64,000 nt of DNA from an uncultured delta proteobacterium (GTDB taxonomy: Bacteria > Desulfobacterota > Binatia > UBA9968): contig CAVUZH010000013.1 of NCBI GenBank assembly GCA_963745835.1, forward strand, positions 224,001 to 288,000. Direction: 5' to 3'. Numbering within the stretch: the first letter of the stretch is position 1; each line of letters opens with the position of its first letter. A model generated the notes under the pieces. It was not told the origin of the DNA, ran no database searches, and saw nothing but the letters and a program-made list of their open reading frames with translations. This document shows, one piece after another, positions 9,787-19,654 of this stretch. The position numbers and the translations under genes are program-made.

Positions 9787-10749
9787 CTAACCTTTAGGCG
9801 CCACATCGCTGATGACTTCCCGTGCTTTGATGGCGCGGGAAATCAATTTATATTTGTGGGTCAGATCGATAGTGGACTGGAGATCTTTTTCCGATAATGT
9901 TTTATCGAAAATGGGCAAGCCGATCTTGCCGGCGAGACCGGGATTCAATCCGGCCCATTTTATCATCGCAGCGCGGCTGGCTTCGGGATCGGCCTCAATG
10001 GCCTCGGCGCCCCGAGCGATAGCTCGAATGAAAGACTGAGTCATTGGCTTGTTTTTCTGTATCCACTTCTCGGAAGCGAACCAGCCGGCGATGTGAAACC
10101 GCGCGAGCACGTCGCCCCAGGGATGGGCGAGAACTCGGGCCGTGCCCTTTTCGATGGCGGCGGTGGCAAACGGCTCATGAATGCTGACGGCATCGAGCTT
10201 GCCGCCATTCAATGCCGCTTCCATCTGCGGAAACGGCACCTCGACGAATTTAACCCTATTCGAAGCGCCGCCGTTCTTGTCGATCCAAGCCATTGCCATC
10301 AGATGAACGATATTGTTAAGCGTATTGACGGCGACGGTTTTCCCCTCCAAATCTTTGGCGCTTTTAATCGGCGACGCTTTAGTCACAAGAATGGCATGAC
10401 TCTCGTTTTTGCCGCGGCCGTTGCTCGCGCCAGGCGCCACAAGCTTGAAATCGAATCCCTCCACATAGGCTTGATAAAGCGAAATGACGTTGGTCCAGCC
10501 GATCTGCAAATCGCCGGAGGTAACTCCTTGCACGATCACCGCCCCGCCTGCCATGGGCACTGTCTCGAGCTCCAAACCTTCTGACTTGAAAAATCCTTTC
10601 TCCATCGCCATGAACATCGCCGCGACATCGACGATTTTCATGTAACCGAGCTTGCCTTTAGTCTGCGCCCAGCTGAAGTTGCCGAGCCAGGGCACTGCCG
10701 CCAGGCCAATAACGATTTTGCTAAGAAAATGTCGCCGACTAATAATCAT
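9787..10749 (-). CDS. ABC transporter substrate-binding protein (NitT/TauT/SsuA type), possible Tat signal
   Basis: SRRHFL twin-arginine-like signal; KGFFKSEGL, DLEGKTVAVN. Confidence 0.9.
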   Translation of the reverse strand: MIISRRHFLSKIVIGLAAVPWLGNFSWAQTKGKLGYMKIVDVAAMFMAMEKGFFKSEGLELETVPMAGGAVIVQGVTSGDLQIGWTNVISLYQAYVEGFDFKLVAPGASNGRGKNESHAILVTKASPIKSAKDLEGKTVAVNTLNNIVHLMAMAWIDKNGGASNRVKFVEVPFPQMEAALNGGKLDAVSIHEPFATAAIEKGTARVLAHPWGDVLARFHIAGWFASEKWIQKNKPMTQSFIRAIARGAEAIEADPEASRAAMIKWAGLNPGLAGKIGLPIFDKTLSEKDLQSTIDLTHKYKLISRAIKAREVISDVAPKG

Positions 10750-11030
10750 TAAAGTCCTCCAAAGGCAGAAAATTTGACTCCTTGTTTAACAATGATCATT
10801 CTATGCGGCACAGCCGGAACTCAATGCCGGATTATCTTTCGCAAAGGAGCTAAGCAAGAAAGCAACACTCGGAACTGAGCGTCTTGGCGGCTTCGCGCGA
10901 GCAAATTCTCGTCCTAAAGACGACTGTTTCCGGTGTCGCCAACGGCAATTACATAATCCGAAATAATCCCATCCTGCAACAGCAGATTGACTTTGATTAA
11001 GCCCTGCCCAATGATGAGCTTTTCAACTGA

Positions 11031-12200
11031 ATGGCGGCAACTGTGCCAGAGCAGGAGCAAACACCTTGGGAAATTTGGATAAAAGATTTCTTCTTCACCT
11101 GGATAAACCGATTTAGCTTTTTTCTCGCGCATCATCTCACTCGCCCGATCCTGCCGCTCTATCTTGTCAGCTTCGGCGCTTCTTCCACAGTGATCGGTGC
11201 TGTCATGGCGGTCTTCACCATCACCGCCACCGCTACGCGAATTCCGGTGGGACTACTCATCGACAGAATCGGCAGGAAGCCATTTCTCATCGCCGGCGTT
11301 GCCCTCTTCGCCGTCGGCAACTTCGGCTACCTATGGGCCCCAGGCATTCTTCTGATGCTGCCGTTCCGCATGCTTCACGGTGTTGGCTGGTCCGGCTGCA
11401 CGACCGCCGTGGCGACATTGGCAGCCGATATCGCGCCGCAGAAGCGGCGCGGCGAGTTGATCGGTTATGCCGCCATGGCAAGCAGTCTGGGCGGAGCCAT
11501 CGGCCCGGTGGCGGGGTTCGCGTTGTTGCAGCGCTTCGACTTCTCCGGAGTTTTTTTCGGTGCGGCCGCCTTGTTGTTTGTCAGCCTGATTCTCGCCGCG
11601 TTCGTTAAGGAGCCGGAGCACGGCCCGCGAAACAACCACCGCCAAAGATGGATTGACCGGCTGGTGATTCCCGAGACCCTACTGCCTGCGGTAGCCGTCG
11701 CCTTTCTATCGTTCGGCCACGGCGGCATCCTCACCTTTCTACCTATCCATGCACTGAAACTCGGCCTTGAAAATCCCGGCCTTTGGTTCGGCCTCTATGC
11801 ACTTTGCCTGCTGTTGAGCCGGCCAGTGGCCGGACCGCTTTCAGACCGGATCAGCCGGCGCGCCGTCATTATTCCCGGATTGATTCTAAACCTGCTCGGG
11901 ATCGGCATTCTGGCGCTGGCCTCTTCACCTGCATGGCTCATGGCGGCGGCAGTGGTCGGCGGCTTCGGCACCGGAGCAGCCCAGCCGGCGCTCATGACGG
12001 TGGCGGTGGATCAAACATCGCCGCAGCGCCGCGGCCAATCCATGGCGCAATATCAGTGCTTCTACGATCTCGGCATTGGCCTAGGCTCGTTGACACTGGG
12101 AGCGTTTCTCGATTTAGTCGATCAGAATTTTTCCCTCATGTATGCGGCGACCGCCGTCGTGGCGCTCATCGGTTTATGGATTTACTGGAAGCGGAGTTGA
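11031..12200 (+). CDS. MFS transporter
   Basis: GLLIDRIGRK and GPLSDRISRR motif A; about 12 hydrophobic segments. Confidence 0.92.
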   Translation: MAATVPEQEQTPWEIWIKDFFFTWINRFSFFLAHHLTRPILPLYLVSFGASSTVIGAVMAVFTITATATRIPVGLLIDRIGRKPFLIAGVALFAVGNFGYLWAPGILLMLPFRMLHGVGWSGCTTAVATLAADIAPQKRRGELIGYAAMASSLGGAIGPVAGFALLQRFDFSGVFFGAAALLFVSLILAAFVKEPEHGPRNNHRQRWIDRLVIPETLLPAVAVAFLSFGHGGILTFLPIHALKLGLENPGLWFGLYALCLLLSRPVAGPLSDRISRRAVIIPGLILNLLGIGILALASSPAWLMAAAVVGGFGTGAAQPALMTVAVDQTSPQRRGQSMAQYQCFYDLGIGLGSLTLGAFLDLVDQNFSLMYAATAVVALIGLWIYWKRS

Positions 12201-12207
12201 TCTCTTT

Positions 12208-12987
12208 ATGTTGATCGATGCTCATGTTCATTTGGACAAATACGGCGATTTACTTGGCGATGCCTTGAGAGAAATCGAACGGGAAAATATTTTTACCCTC
12301 GCCACGGCGATGGATGTTCCGTCCTATCAGGACCTTCAGGAAATCGCGCGGCGCTCAGAGCTGGTGCTGCCGACGTTCGGAATTCATCCTCGACGCGCTC
12401 CGCAATATGTCGATCGGCTGCGCGAGCTCGGCCAGTATATCGAGATGAGTCCCGCCATCGGCGAAATTGGTCTGGACTTCCACTGGGTCAAGAATAGCTC
12501 CGAGTATCCGGCTCAATTGAAAGTCCTGGAATATTTTCTCGCAGCCGCCCGCGAACAGAAAAAAATCGTCAACCTGCACACCAAGGGCGGCGAGAAACCT
12601 ATTCTCGAGCTGTTAGAGCATTACGACATAGCGCGGCCGATTATTCATTGGTACTCCGGCCCTCTGGATATCCTCCGCGCCCTGGTCCAATTCGGCGCGT
12701 ACTTTACCATCGGCGTCGAGGTCCTCTATTCAGAGACTATTCAGACAATCGCGCGGGAGATTCCGGACCCTCTGCTTCTCACCGAAACCGATAATCCGGG
12801 CGGTTTAAAGTGGCTGAAAGGCATAGTCGGTATGCCGTCGGAGATTAAAAAAGTGATTGACCACCTGGCTCGGATCAGAGCCTCTACGCCGGAATCAATG
12901 TCCCGGATGATTCAGGCAAACTTCCTCAAATTGATCGAAGCCGATCCGTGGCTGCGGCAAGTACGCACCTTGCTCTCCCAGCCATAA
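12208..12987 (+). CDS. TatD family hydrolase
   Basis: MLIDAHVHL, GIHP, IGEIGLDF, LLTETDNP. Start set to ATG 12208. Confidence 0.92.
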   Translation: MLIDAHVHLDKYGDLLGDALREIERENIFTLATAMDVPSYQDLQEIARRSELVLPTFGIHPRRAPQYVDRLRELGQYIEMSPAIGEIGLDFHWVKNSSEYPAQLKVLEYFLAAAREQKKIVNLHTKGGEKPILELLEHYDIARPIIHWYSGPLDILRALVQFGAYFTIGVEVLYSETIQTIAREIPDPLLLTETDNPGGLKWLKGIVGMPSEIKKVIDHLARIRASTPESMSRMIQANFLKLIEADPWLRQVRTLLSQP

Positions 12988-13040
12988 CAATACTCAATAG
13001 TCGGAAATGCTCTAAAGACCCGCGTCGAGGAGGATAGAGA

Positions 13041-13958
13041 ATGTTTGGAATCTCGTTCGAAGCCTATCTGCCGAAACTGATCGACTTCAGCATCAATTTC
13101 GCGCAGTCGTTATTTGGTGTTCTCTTGATCGTCGTAGTAGCGTTGCTCGCGATCAAGTTTCTCCGCCTAGGGCTTAATCGGTTGGAAGTGATCCTTGTGC
13201 GGGCGCGCGAGGCCTCGGAATCGGTGCCGGGAGCGGCGGCGATGCGCATCCGAACCTTGATGAGCGTGCTCTGGACGATCGTCGCGGGTCTTGTCTGGTT
13301 CACGGCAGTTTTGACAATCCTCGGGCAAGTGGGGGTGAACGTCACGCCGATTCTCGCCAGCGCTGGAGTGGTCGGACTTGCGGTGGGATTCGGGGCGCAG
13401 AATCTGGTGAAGGATTTCGTCAGCGGGTTCTTTTTGATCCTGGAAAATCAGATCCGCGTCGGCGATGTCGCGATCATCAATGGAACCGGCGGTCTGGTAG
13501 AGGCCATCACGTTCCGCACCATCGTGCTGCGCGACCAGGCCGCCGTAGTTCACGTCTTTCCAAACGGCTCGATCAACACGCTGTCCAACATGACCAAGGA
13601 CTGGTCGGCGTACGTCATCGATGTCGGCGTCGCTTACAGGGAGGATACCGATCGCGTCGTCGAAGTGATGCGTCGAGTCGCCGGCGAGTTGCAGTCCCAT
13701 CCGCAATACGGTTCGGCGATGCTCGAGCCGATTGAGATCATCGGCGTGGATGCGTTCACGGATTCAGCGGTCATCATCAAGGCGCGGCTAAAGACACTGC
13801 CGATAAGGCAGTGGATGGTCGGTCGCGAGTACCGCCGCCGGCTGAAAAAAGCCTTCGAAGCCGAAAACATCGAATTTCCATTTCCACAGAGAACGGTCCT
13901 CGTGGGGGAGGCCAAAGCACCGTTGCCACCGGCCGGCAAACCGGCGGAAGGGAATTAG
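13041..13958 (+). CDS. Small-conductance mechanosensitive channel (MscS/YbiO-like)
   Basis: GVVGLAVGFGAQNLVKDFVSGFF, IRVGDV, IEFPFPQR. Confidence 0.93.
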   Translation: MFGISFEAYLPKLIDFSINFAQSLFGVLLIVVVALLAIKFLRLGLNRLEVILVRAREASESVPGAAAMRIRTLMSVLWTIVAGLVWFTAVLTILGQVGVNVTPILASAGVVGLAVGFGAQNLVKDFVSGFFLILENQIRVGDVAIINGTGGLVEAITFRTIVLRDQAAVVHVFPNGSINTLSNMTKDWSAYVIDVGVAYREDTDRVVEVMRRVAGELQSHPQYGSAMLEPIEIIGVDAFTDSAVIIKARLKTLPIRQWMVGREYRRRLKKAFEAENIEFPFPQRTVLVGEAKAPLPPAGKPAEGN

Positions 13959-14078
13959 AACGTTGGCAAATCAAGATTCACGATGATGCTGCTAGCGAGC
14001 CTTCCCATTTTGGGCAAAGCGTGTAAATTGGACTGATTATTTTTCCCGGATCCGGGATTTTGGAGCTCGCGCAACACA

Positions 14079-15254
14079 TTGACTGACAATCATCACTCTT
14101 TTACCCGCGCTGAAATCGGCCCGGTGATTGTCGTCAGTCTGATATCCGCATTGCGTTTACTCGGCATCTTTCTGATCCTCCCCGTGTTCAGCGTCTATGC
14201 TGTTCATTATCCCGAAGCCAGCCTTGCCATGGCCGGCATTGCCTTCGGCGCCTACGCTCTGACTCAGAGTATCTTGCAAATTCCGCTGGGATGGGCCAGC
14301 GATCGCTGGGGACGCAAGCCAATATTGCTGATCGGCCTGGCGCTGTTCGGAGTGGGCAGCATCGGTTGTGGCTTGGCGCAGAATATTTTCCAGCTCATCG
14401 TTGCGCGAGTGATTCAAGGCACCGGCGCCATCGGTTCGGTAGCGCTAGCAGCGCTGGCTGATCTTACAAGGCCGGCGGTTCGCACGCAGGCATTTACCGT
14501 TACCGGAATTGCCATTGGCTCTGCCTTCATGATTGGCATATTGGGCGGACCGCTGTTGGCGGCAAGCATCGGTCTCAGCGGCTTGTTCTATGTTTTGGCC
14601 GCGCTGGCTTTTTCGGCAATGGTCCTAGCGGCGATCTCCTTTCCTAAAAAAAATAAATCCGCCGACAAACAGCCAGCGATGGCTTTTAAACCGATCCTAA
14701 TGCACGGCGAACTGCGGCCGATTTTTATCGCCGCCTTTGTTCTTTCTTTCACCCTGAATCTTTTCTTTTTCACTTATCCGCTGAGCTGGGCGGACATAGG
14801 ACTCGATCGCGCCGAGCTTTGGAAAGTATATCTGATTATCTTTTTACCGAGCGCGTTATTGGTGTTCCCTTATATGCGCCGCGCCGAAAGACTGGGCCGT
14901 TTTCGCATGCCAATCATGATCGGCTGGTTAACCGCAATGACAGGCTATGCCGTGTATTTGGTCGGCGCTCAATCGGATTTGCTGTTGTATGTCAGCGGCG
15001 CGGCTTTCTTTTTCGGTTACAGCTTGTTCCAACCGCTGTTGCCGACATTTCTGACCCAGCGAATTCCCCAGGCGGGCCGCGGCACAGCCACCGGTGTTTA
15101 TACCTTCTTTGGCTTCATCGGCTCATCGCTCGGCGGCATACTCGGCGGGGTGCTGATCCATGTCTATCCGTCGCTGCCGGAATTTCTCGGTGTGGTGCTC
15201 TTGGTGCTGTGGTATTTCTCCGGCCTACCCACCGCGCCGGAGAATGCTGCCTGA
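14079..15254 (+). CDS. MFS transporter (YajR-like)
   Basis: LRLLGIFLILPV, QIPLGWASDRWGRKP. Confidence 0.88.
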   Translation: MTDNHHSFTRAEIGPVIVVSLISALRLLGIFLILPVFSVYAVHYPEASLAMAGIAFGAYALTQSILQIPLGWASDRWGRKPILLIGLALFGVGSIGCGLAQNIFQLIVARVIQGTGAIGSVALAALADLTRPAVRTQAFTVTGIAIGSAFMIGILGGPLLAASIGLSGLFYVLAALAFSAMVLAAISFPKKNKSADKQPAMAFKPILMHGELRPIFIAAFVLSFTLNLFFFTYPLSWADIGLDRAELWKVYLIIFLPSALLVFPYMRRAERLGRFRMPIMIGWLTAMTGYAVYLVGAQSDLLLYVSGAAFFFGYSLFQPLLPTFLTQRIPQAGRGTATGVYTFFGFIGSSLGGILGGVLIHVYPSLPEFLGVVLLVLWYFSGLPTAPENAA

Positions 15255-15385
15255 TAAAGCCGTTGCTCTCATCGATTTAGATCCTCGATTTACGTCTATC
15301 TGATCCGCATTGCTCCGGACAGTACCGTTGCGTATAAATACTGGAGGATGCGAAATGCTAGGTAGTTAGATTGCCGCGCCGCGCT

Positions 15386-15769
15386 ATGACAGCTCGTCCT
15401 CAAATTCTTTTCCTGCTAGCAATGATTGCGATTTTTGCCAGCTGCAATAAATCCTATGACGAAAAAATCGGTGGCGTGGAGATACCGATACCGCGCGGGA
15501 TGAAGAAATCCGATGGAACGGGGGTTGAAGTTGCCCTGCTCGGTTTCGGTGGTGGTCAAAGTTCATTTCGCGGTCAGCTGGAACCCGAGAAGGTGATCGA
15601 GTTTTATGAAAAGGAAATGCCGTTACGTGGTTGGCAGCCCAATGCCGGCGTCGTATCGAAAGGGGGAATGCTGACCTACGCCAAAGACAACAGAACCGTC
15701 ATCATTATGGTCGGCGGCAACAACGACGCTGCCGCTATGACAATCACTGTCGGCGGAACCGGTCGTTGA
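15386..15769 (+). CDS. Putative lipoprotein
   Basis: Hydrophobic leader ending in an FASC lipobox; VIEFYEKEM..GW motif. Confidence 0.7.
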   Translation: MTARPQILFLLAMIAIFASCNKSYDEKIGGVEIPIPRGMKKSDGTGVEVALLGFGGGQSSFRGQLEPEKVIEFYEKEMPLRGWQPNAGVVSKGGMLTYAKDNRTVIIMVGGNNDAAAMTITVGGTGR

Positions 15770-15955
15770 GTTCTTGGAACGAGGCACAGCTGCACCAGAT
15801 CGATGAAATCGGCAATTAGGATTATCTAGCGCAACAGATTAAAAAGGACTCGCAGTGGGAGATCCCTAACCGTTGTCCTAAACAGTGGCGCGGGGGACTG
15901 CCTATCTACAGATTCTGCATCCAGAAACTTTGATAGCCACGGCAGCAAGGTCCAG

Positions 15956-16082
15956 CAGGCTGTTCAAAAACACTCAGAGGGCAAGACGGGCAAAGTTCGA
16001 TGAGCTGAGGCGTACTCTTCAGTACGTTGAAGCGAATCGGGCGAAGCGCAACGAAGCATATGAGGGGTTTTTCAGCAGCCTG
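15956..16082. mobile_element. MITE-like element family A, copy 1
   Basis: Terminal inverted repeats CAGGCTGTTCAAAAA / TTTTTCAGCAGCCTG, CCAG on both flanks, internal CGTACT..AGTACG hairpin; homologous copies elsewhere in the window. Confidence 0.75.
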
Positions 16083-16094
16083 CCAGAGGCACGA

Positions 16095-17543
16095 TCACTC
16101 GCGCCTGGTTGGGAAAGCAGGCGGGACGATACCCTCAGTGCTCCTGCCGTTCCAGTCACGAGTTGCCCAGCCATCCCACGCGCGCTGCGCGCCTGCGTTT
16201 GCTTGAACAAATAGCTCATCTTCGTCAATGCGCGTCGACCGGCCGTCGTCGATGACGATTTCACCATCGACAATCACCGTTTCAACATCGGCGCCGCTGC
16301 CGTACTCGATTAACGCGTTGATCGGATCACGCCATGGCCCGTAACGGGTGGTGCGCAGATTGATAATTACCACGTCGGCTTTGGCGTCGGCAGCAAGCCG
16401 GCCCAGATCTTTCCGGCCCAGAGCATCGGCGCCGCCAATGGTCGCTGCGTTGAAACAATCGGCCGGTCGCGCGCCGGAGGCGTTGCGGTCGATCAGGCGC
16501 GAAATCAAAGACGCGTAACGCATCTCGGCAATTATATCGAGCGGATAGGTATCGGTGCCAAGACCGATCCTGACGCCGGCGGCCAGGTACTGATCGAAGG
16601 ATTCCAACGCAAAAGCCATTTTGGCGCATTTGTGCGGGCAATGGCCGACGGTTGCGCCGGACTCCGCGATCAGTTTCAATTCGTCGCCGCGCGGGTAATC
16701 GATGCGCGAATGGCCGCCAGTGATCGCCATGTGGCCGAGGGTCGTTCGCGGCCCGAGAATTCCTGTCCCGGCGAGATATTCCACCACCGGCTTTCGGTAG
16801 GTATTCAGAATGTGCAGAAACTCGCGCGCGTTGCCGCCGGCATGAAGGTGAATCGGGACATCGAGCTCTTTAGCGGCAGCGGCAGTTTCCTTGAGCAGCG
16901 CGGGCTCGCAGGTTTCGGCTTGCGCGGGATTTAATATTCCTTGAATCCTGCCGTTATGGGCGCCGTGGTATTGCTTGATAAAAGCAACGGCTCTTTCGAG
17001 GCCGGGACGCCCCTTATCTTCTCGTTCCTCATAGTAAAGACGGCCTTGCGCATCGGTAAAGATATCGCTGCTGCGGTATGGCGGGCTGAAAAAAACCCGT
17101 CCTCCCTGTTGGCCGACGATGGCGACGTACTCGTCCAAAGCGCCGGGCCCACCGCCAGGATCGAGGACAGTGGTCGCGCCATTTTTCAAGGCGCTAAACA
17201 GCGCGTATTTCCGGCCGATTGCCACTGCCGGCGCCGGCGGCGGAGTAAGTTTTTCCTTAAAAGGAGCGCCGAAGACAAACCAGTTGGCGGTTAGATAATC
17301 CTTCCTGGTCACATCGGCGAGCAAATAATCGCCGACGTTCAATTGCGAATGAACGTGAAGGTTAACGAACCCTGGAGAAACAATCTTCCCGGAAGCGTCG
17401 ATCACTTTGTCGACGGCTTGAGACTTATCCTTCCCCACGGAGCGAATCGTATCGTTCTCTATGAGTACTGAACCATCCGGAATGATTTCATGGCCGGTGC
17501 CGGACCAACCCACGACGACACCACCATCAATGCGTATTTTCAT
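16095..17543 (-). CDS. Metal-dependent amidohydrolase (SsnA/AtzA/chlorohydrolase-like)
   Basis: PGFVNLHVH, IHLHAG, LGTDT, AATIGGADALG, KADVV. Confidence 0.9.
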   Translation of the reverse strand: MKIRIDGGVVVGWSGTGHEIIPDGSVLIENDTIRSVGKDKSQAVDKVIDASGKIVSPGFVNLHVHSQLNVGDYLLADVTRKDYLTANWFVFGAPFKEKLTPPPAPAVAIGRKYALFSALKNGATTVLDPGGGPGALDEYVAIVGQQGGRVFFSPPYRSSDIFTDAQGRLYYEEREDKGRPGLERAVAFIKQYHGAHNGRIQGILNPAQAETCEPALLKETAAAAKELDVPIHLHAGGNAREFLHILNTYRKPVVEYLAGTGILGPRTTLGHMAITGGHSRIDYPRGDELKLIAESGATVGHCPHKCAKMAFALESFDQYLAAGVRIGLGTDTYPLDIIAEMRYASLISRLIDRNASGARPADCFNAATIGGADALGRKDLGRLAADAKADVVIINLRTTRYGPWRDPINALIEYGSGADVETVIVDGEIVIDDGRSTRIDEDELFVQANAGAQRAWDGWATRDWNGRSTEGIVPPAFPTRRE

Positions 17544-17555
17544 TACTCGATCCCT

Positions 17556-17797
17556 ACCGAATTCCGCAACAGAGAGGTCAATACTGTTTTCCGATCAAGG
17601 GGCGAGACCGGAGGAGCGAAGGCACGGAAGCGAACAGTCCAACGTCGTTTCCAATCCACGGCCAACAGTTGATTCCTCGACAGGCCGACCGGTCAAGCAC
17701 GAAGTTTTGCACATCACTACGAGCCACAGACCCATTGCCTTCGATCCGGAGGGCTCGTCCCTTAATCCCGCTGTTCCTTTGAACTGCGAAATCGAGG
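17556..17797. repeat. ~245-bp structured intergenic element family B, copy 1
   Basis: Ends CCGAATTCCGCA / TGCGAAATCGAGG with inner complementary arms; homolog at 45662-45905. Confidence 0.72.
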
Positions 17798-17807
17798 CTG
17801 CTAGACC

Positions 17808-18518
17808 TTAGCCTGGCAGGCTCGGCGTATCATCGTGTTTACCGTGCAGCGCGTACCAATAAATACCGTTCATATAACGCCACCGCCGGATGGTCGCCTC
17901 TTCCACCATCTGGATTGCCAGATCCTGGAGCTCAGGCGTGTTGCAATACTTTTCGACGATGGCAAATCCTTTGGAGCCATGGATCTCGTCAGCGTAGATA
18001 TGCTCTTCGAAAAATCGGATCTCCCGCGCATGCGGCGCAAAACCATAATGTTTGTGCAGAGCGGGAACGATCTTTTTGCAAATATCCAAAAACTGGGACT
18101 CAAGGCCGATGAACATCCCGGCCAGCGCGGCCTGCCAACACCTTTGATAGACCATGCGCCAGCCCCAATTCTGCAAACCCTCAGTGGCGGCGAGAACGAT
18201 CGAGCTTTCCACGCTGTCGCGATTCACGCCGCTAGCGGCGACGTAATCCTTGAGCATGTCCAAATGACGATCGTCGGGATTCTCTTCATCCCCGAGGTTT
18301 TCGAATAAATAATTTTTTACATCGCGCTCGCGAATCTGCGAGCCCTGATATGCAAGCCAGTTCAAAAACTCGCCGACGAAATGATAGTGTTGCGTGCAGT
18401 AGAAGGCGGTTTGCTCCCGGGTCAGCTTCCCCTGTGCCCATAGTTCGAAAAATGGATGATTTTTGCTGTGCTTGCGATCGCGGGTGGCGACCAATCGATC
18501 ATGAAAGCTGCTGCTCAT
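17808..18518 (-). CDS. Heme-oxygenase-like diiron enzyme (CADD/PqqC/TenA-like)
   Basis: NHPFF, ENLGDEENPDDRH (E-x6-H), GLESQ, EEHIYADEIH (H-x3-D-x2-H). Start at ATG 18518 after GAGG. Confidence 0.85.
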   Translation of the reverse strand: MSSSFHDRLVATRDRKHSKNHPFFELWAQGKLTREQTAFYCTQHYHFVGEFLNWLAYQGSQIRERDVKNYLFENLGDEENPDDRHLDMLKDYVAASGVNRDSVESSIVLAATEGLQNWGWRMVYQRCWQAALAGMFIGLESQFLDICKKIVPALHKHYGFAPHAREIRFFEEHIYADEIHGSKGFAIVEKYCNTPELQDLAIQMVEEATIRRWRYMNGIYWYALHGKHDDTPSLPG

Positions 18519-18543
18519 ATAATCCTCGCAACGGTTTACAAGT

Positions 18544-19521
18544 CTACGACTTATCGAAAGCACCGCTTTTTTCTAGCTCATCGACATAACGACTATCCAT
18601 CATCTCCTCAGCTTTGACTTTCTTGGCGCGCCCATCGGTCTTGGCAATGTCGTCCAGAATCGCCTGATACGGCTCGGCGCGAAGAGATAGCCGCGGTTCG
18701 AGCGCCTTTATCTCGCCATTATAGGCAGCGTCCAAAATCTTTCGGTCGGTGAGCCGGAGCTGTTTGCCAAGAACCCTATAGACGAACTCTCTGTCGTTGT
18801 GGAGAATCCTGGACGACTCCGCCATCGCGCGCATGAATTGACCAACTACCGCGGAACGCTTGGCAATGACAGCGCGACGAGTCACGAAAACGGTTGCCGC
18901 ATAGGGGATTTTCAGATCGGGTCCGAAGATAACGAAGTTGTAACCCATGGCGGTGGCTTGGGTGTCAGTGGGCGCGGTCAAGGCCGCCGCGTCGATCACT
19001 CCCGATTTCAAGGCCGCCAGCGTTTCGGGTGCGCCGCCCGTTTGAATGAAAGTGACATCCTTGCTTGGATCCAACCCTTTCAGTCGCAGGGCCTGAATCG
19101 CGAAATAATGGGGATTGCCGCCGAGCCGGGTTACTCCGACTTTTTTCCCTTTCAGATCCTCGGGCCTCTTGAGCTCCGCCTTGCCCATTATGCTATGAGT
19201 CAAGATGTTTTTTACCGCTCCGATAAAAACGAAGTCGCTGCCACCAGCCAAGTTGGCGCGAATCATACCCTCGCCTCCGGTGAGCGCTATCTCACCGTCG
19301 CCACCCAACATGGCGGCGGTCACCGCGGAGGACGCGGGAATGAAAACCATGGGAAAGTCCAGATTGTGTTTTTTAAAGAGACCGGCATCTTGGGCGATCC
19401 AAGGCATCGACTGGGAAAGAACTCTTGCCGAATGGATACCGACGAGTTTATCGGCTGCTTGGGCTCGAGCCGCAATAGTTAGGCAGAGCGCGAGGATGAA
19501 AATCGGAAGTCGGCTTTTCAT
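18544..19521 (-). CDS. NitT/TauT-type substrate-binding protein (no adjacent permease)
   Basis: Signal peptide, WIAQDAGLFKKHNL, DLKGKKVGVTR. Confidence 0.9.
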   Translation of the reverse strand: MKSRLPIFILALCLTIAARAQAADKLVGIHSARVLSQSMPWIAQDAGLFKKHNLDFPMVFIPASSAVTAAMLGGDGEIALTGGEGMIRANLAGGSDFVFIGAVKNILTHSIMGKAELKRPEDLKGKKVGVTRLGGNPHYFAIQALRLKGLDPSKDVTFIQTGGAPETLAALKSGVIDAAALTAPTDTQATAMGYNFVIFGPDLKIPYAATVFVTRRAVIAKRSAVVGQFMRAMAESSRILHNDREFVYRVLGKQLRLTDRKILDAAYNGEIKALEPRLSLRAEPYQAILDDIAKTDGRAKKVKAEEMMDSRYVDELEKSGAFDKS

Positions 19522-19593
19522 AATGTGCCGATAGGCTAATCAAATCTGACCGGCGATTGAAACGGTGCTGTCTGTTTGCGCTGTAGTCGCTGA

Positions 19594-19620
19594 GGGCAGG
19601 CGCGGGGGCCTGCCCCTACA
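19594..19620 (-). repeat. GTAG-type REP element
   Basis: Minus strand TGTAGGGGCAGGCCCCCGCGCCTGCCC: GTAG tetranucleotide followed by a GC-rich palindrome. Confidence 0.65.
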
Positions 19621-19654
19621 ACGAATTTTCCTTAGCCGATGGTTTTGAAAAAAA

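Noticed and set aside
15885-16214. ORFs at 15885, 30266, 17461 and 45696 with mutually similar peptides
   Set aside because: They are translations of the repeat elements, not genes.
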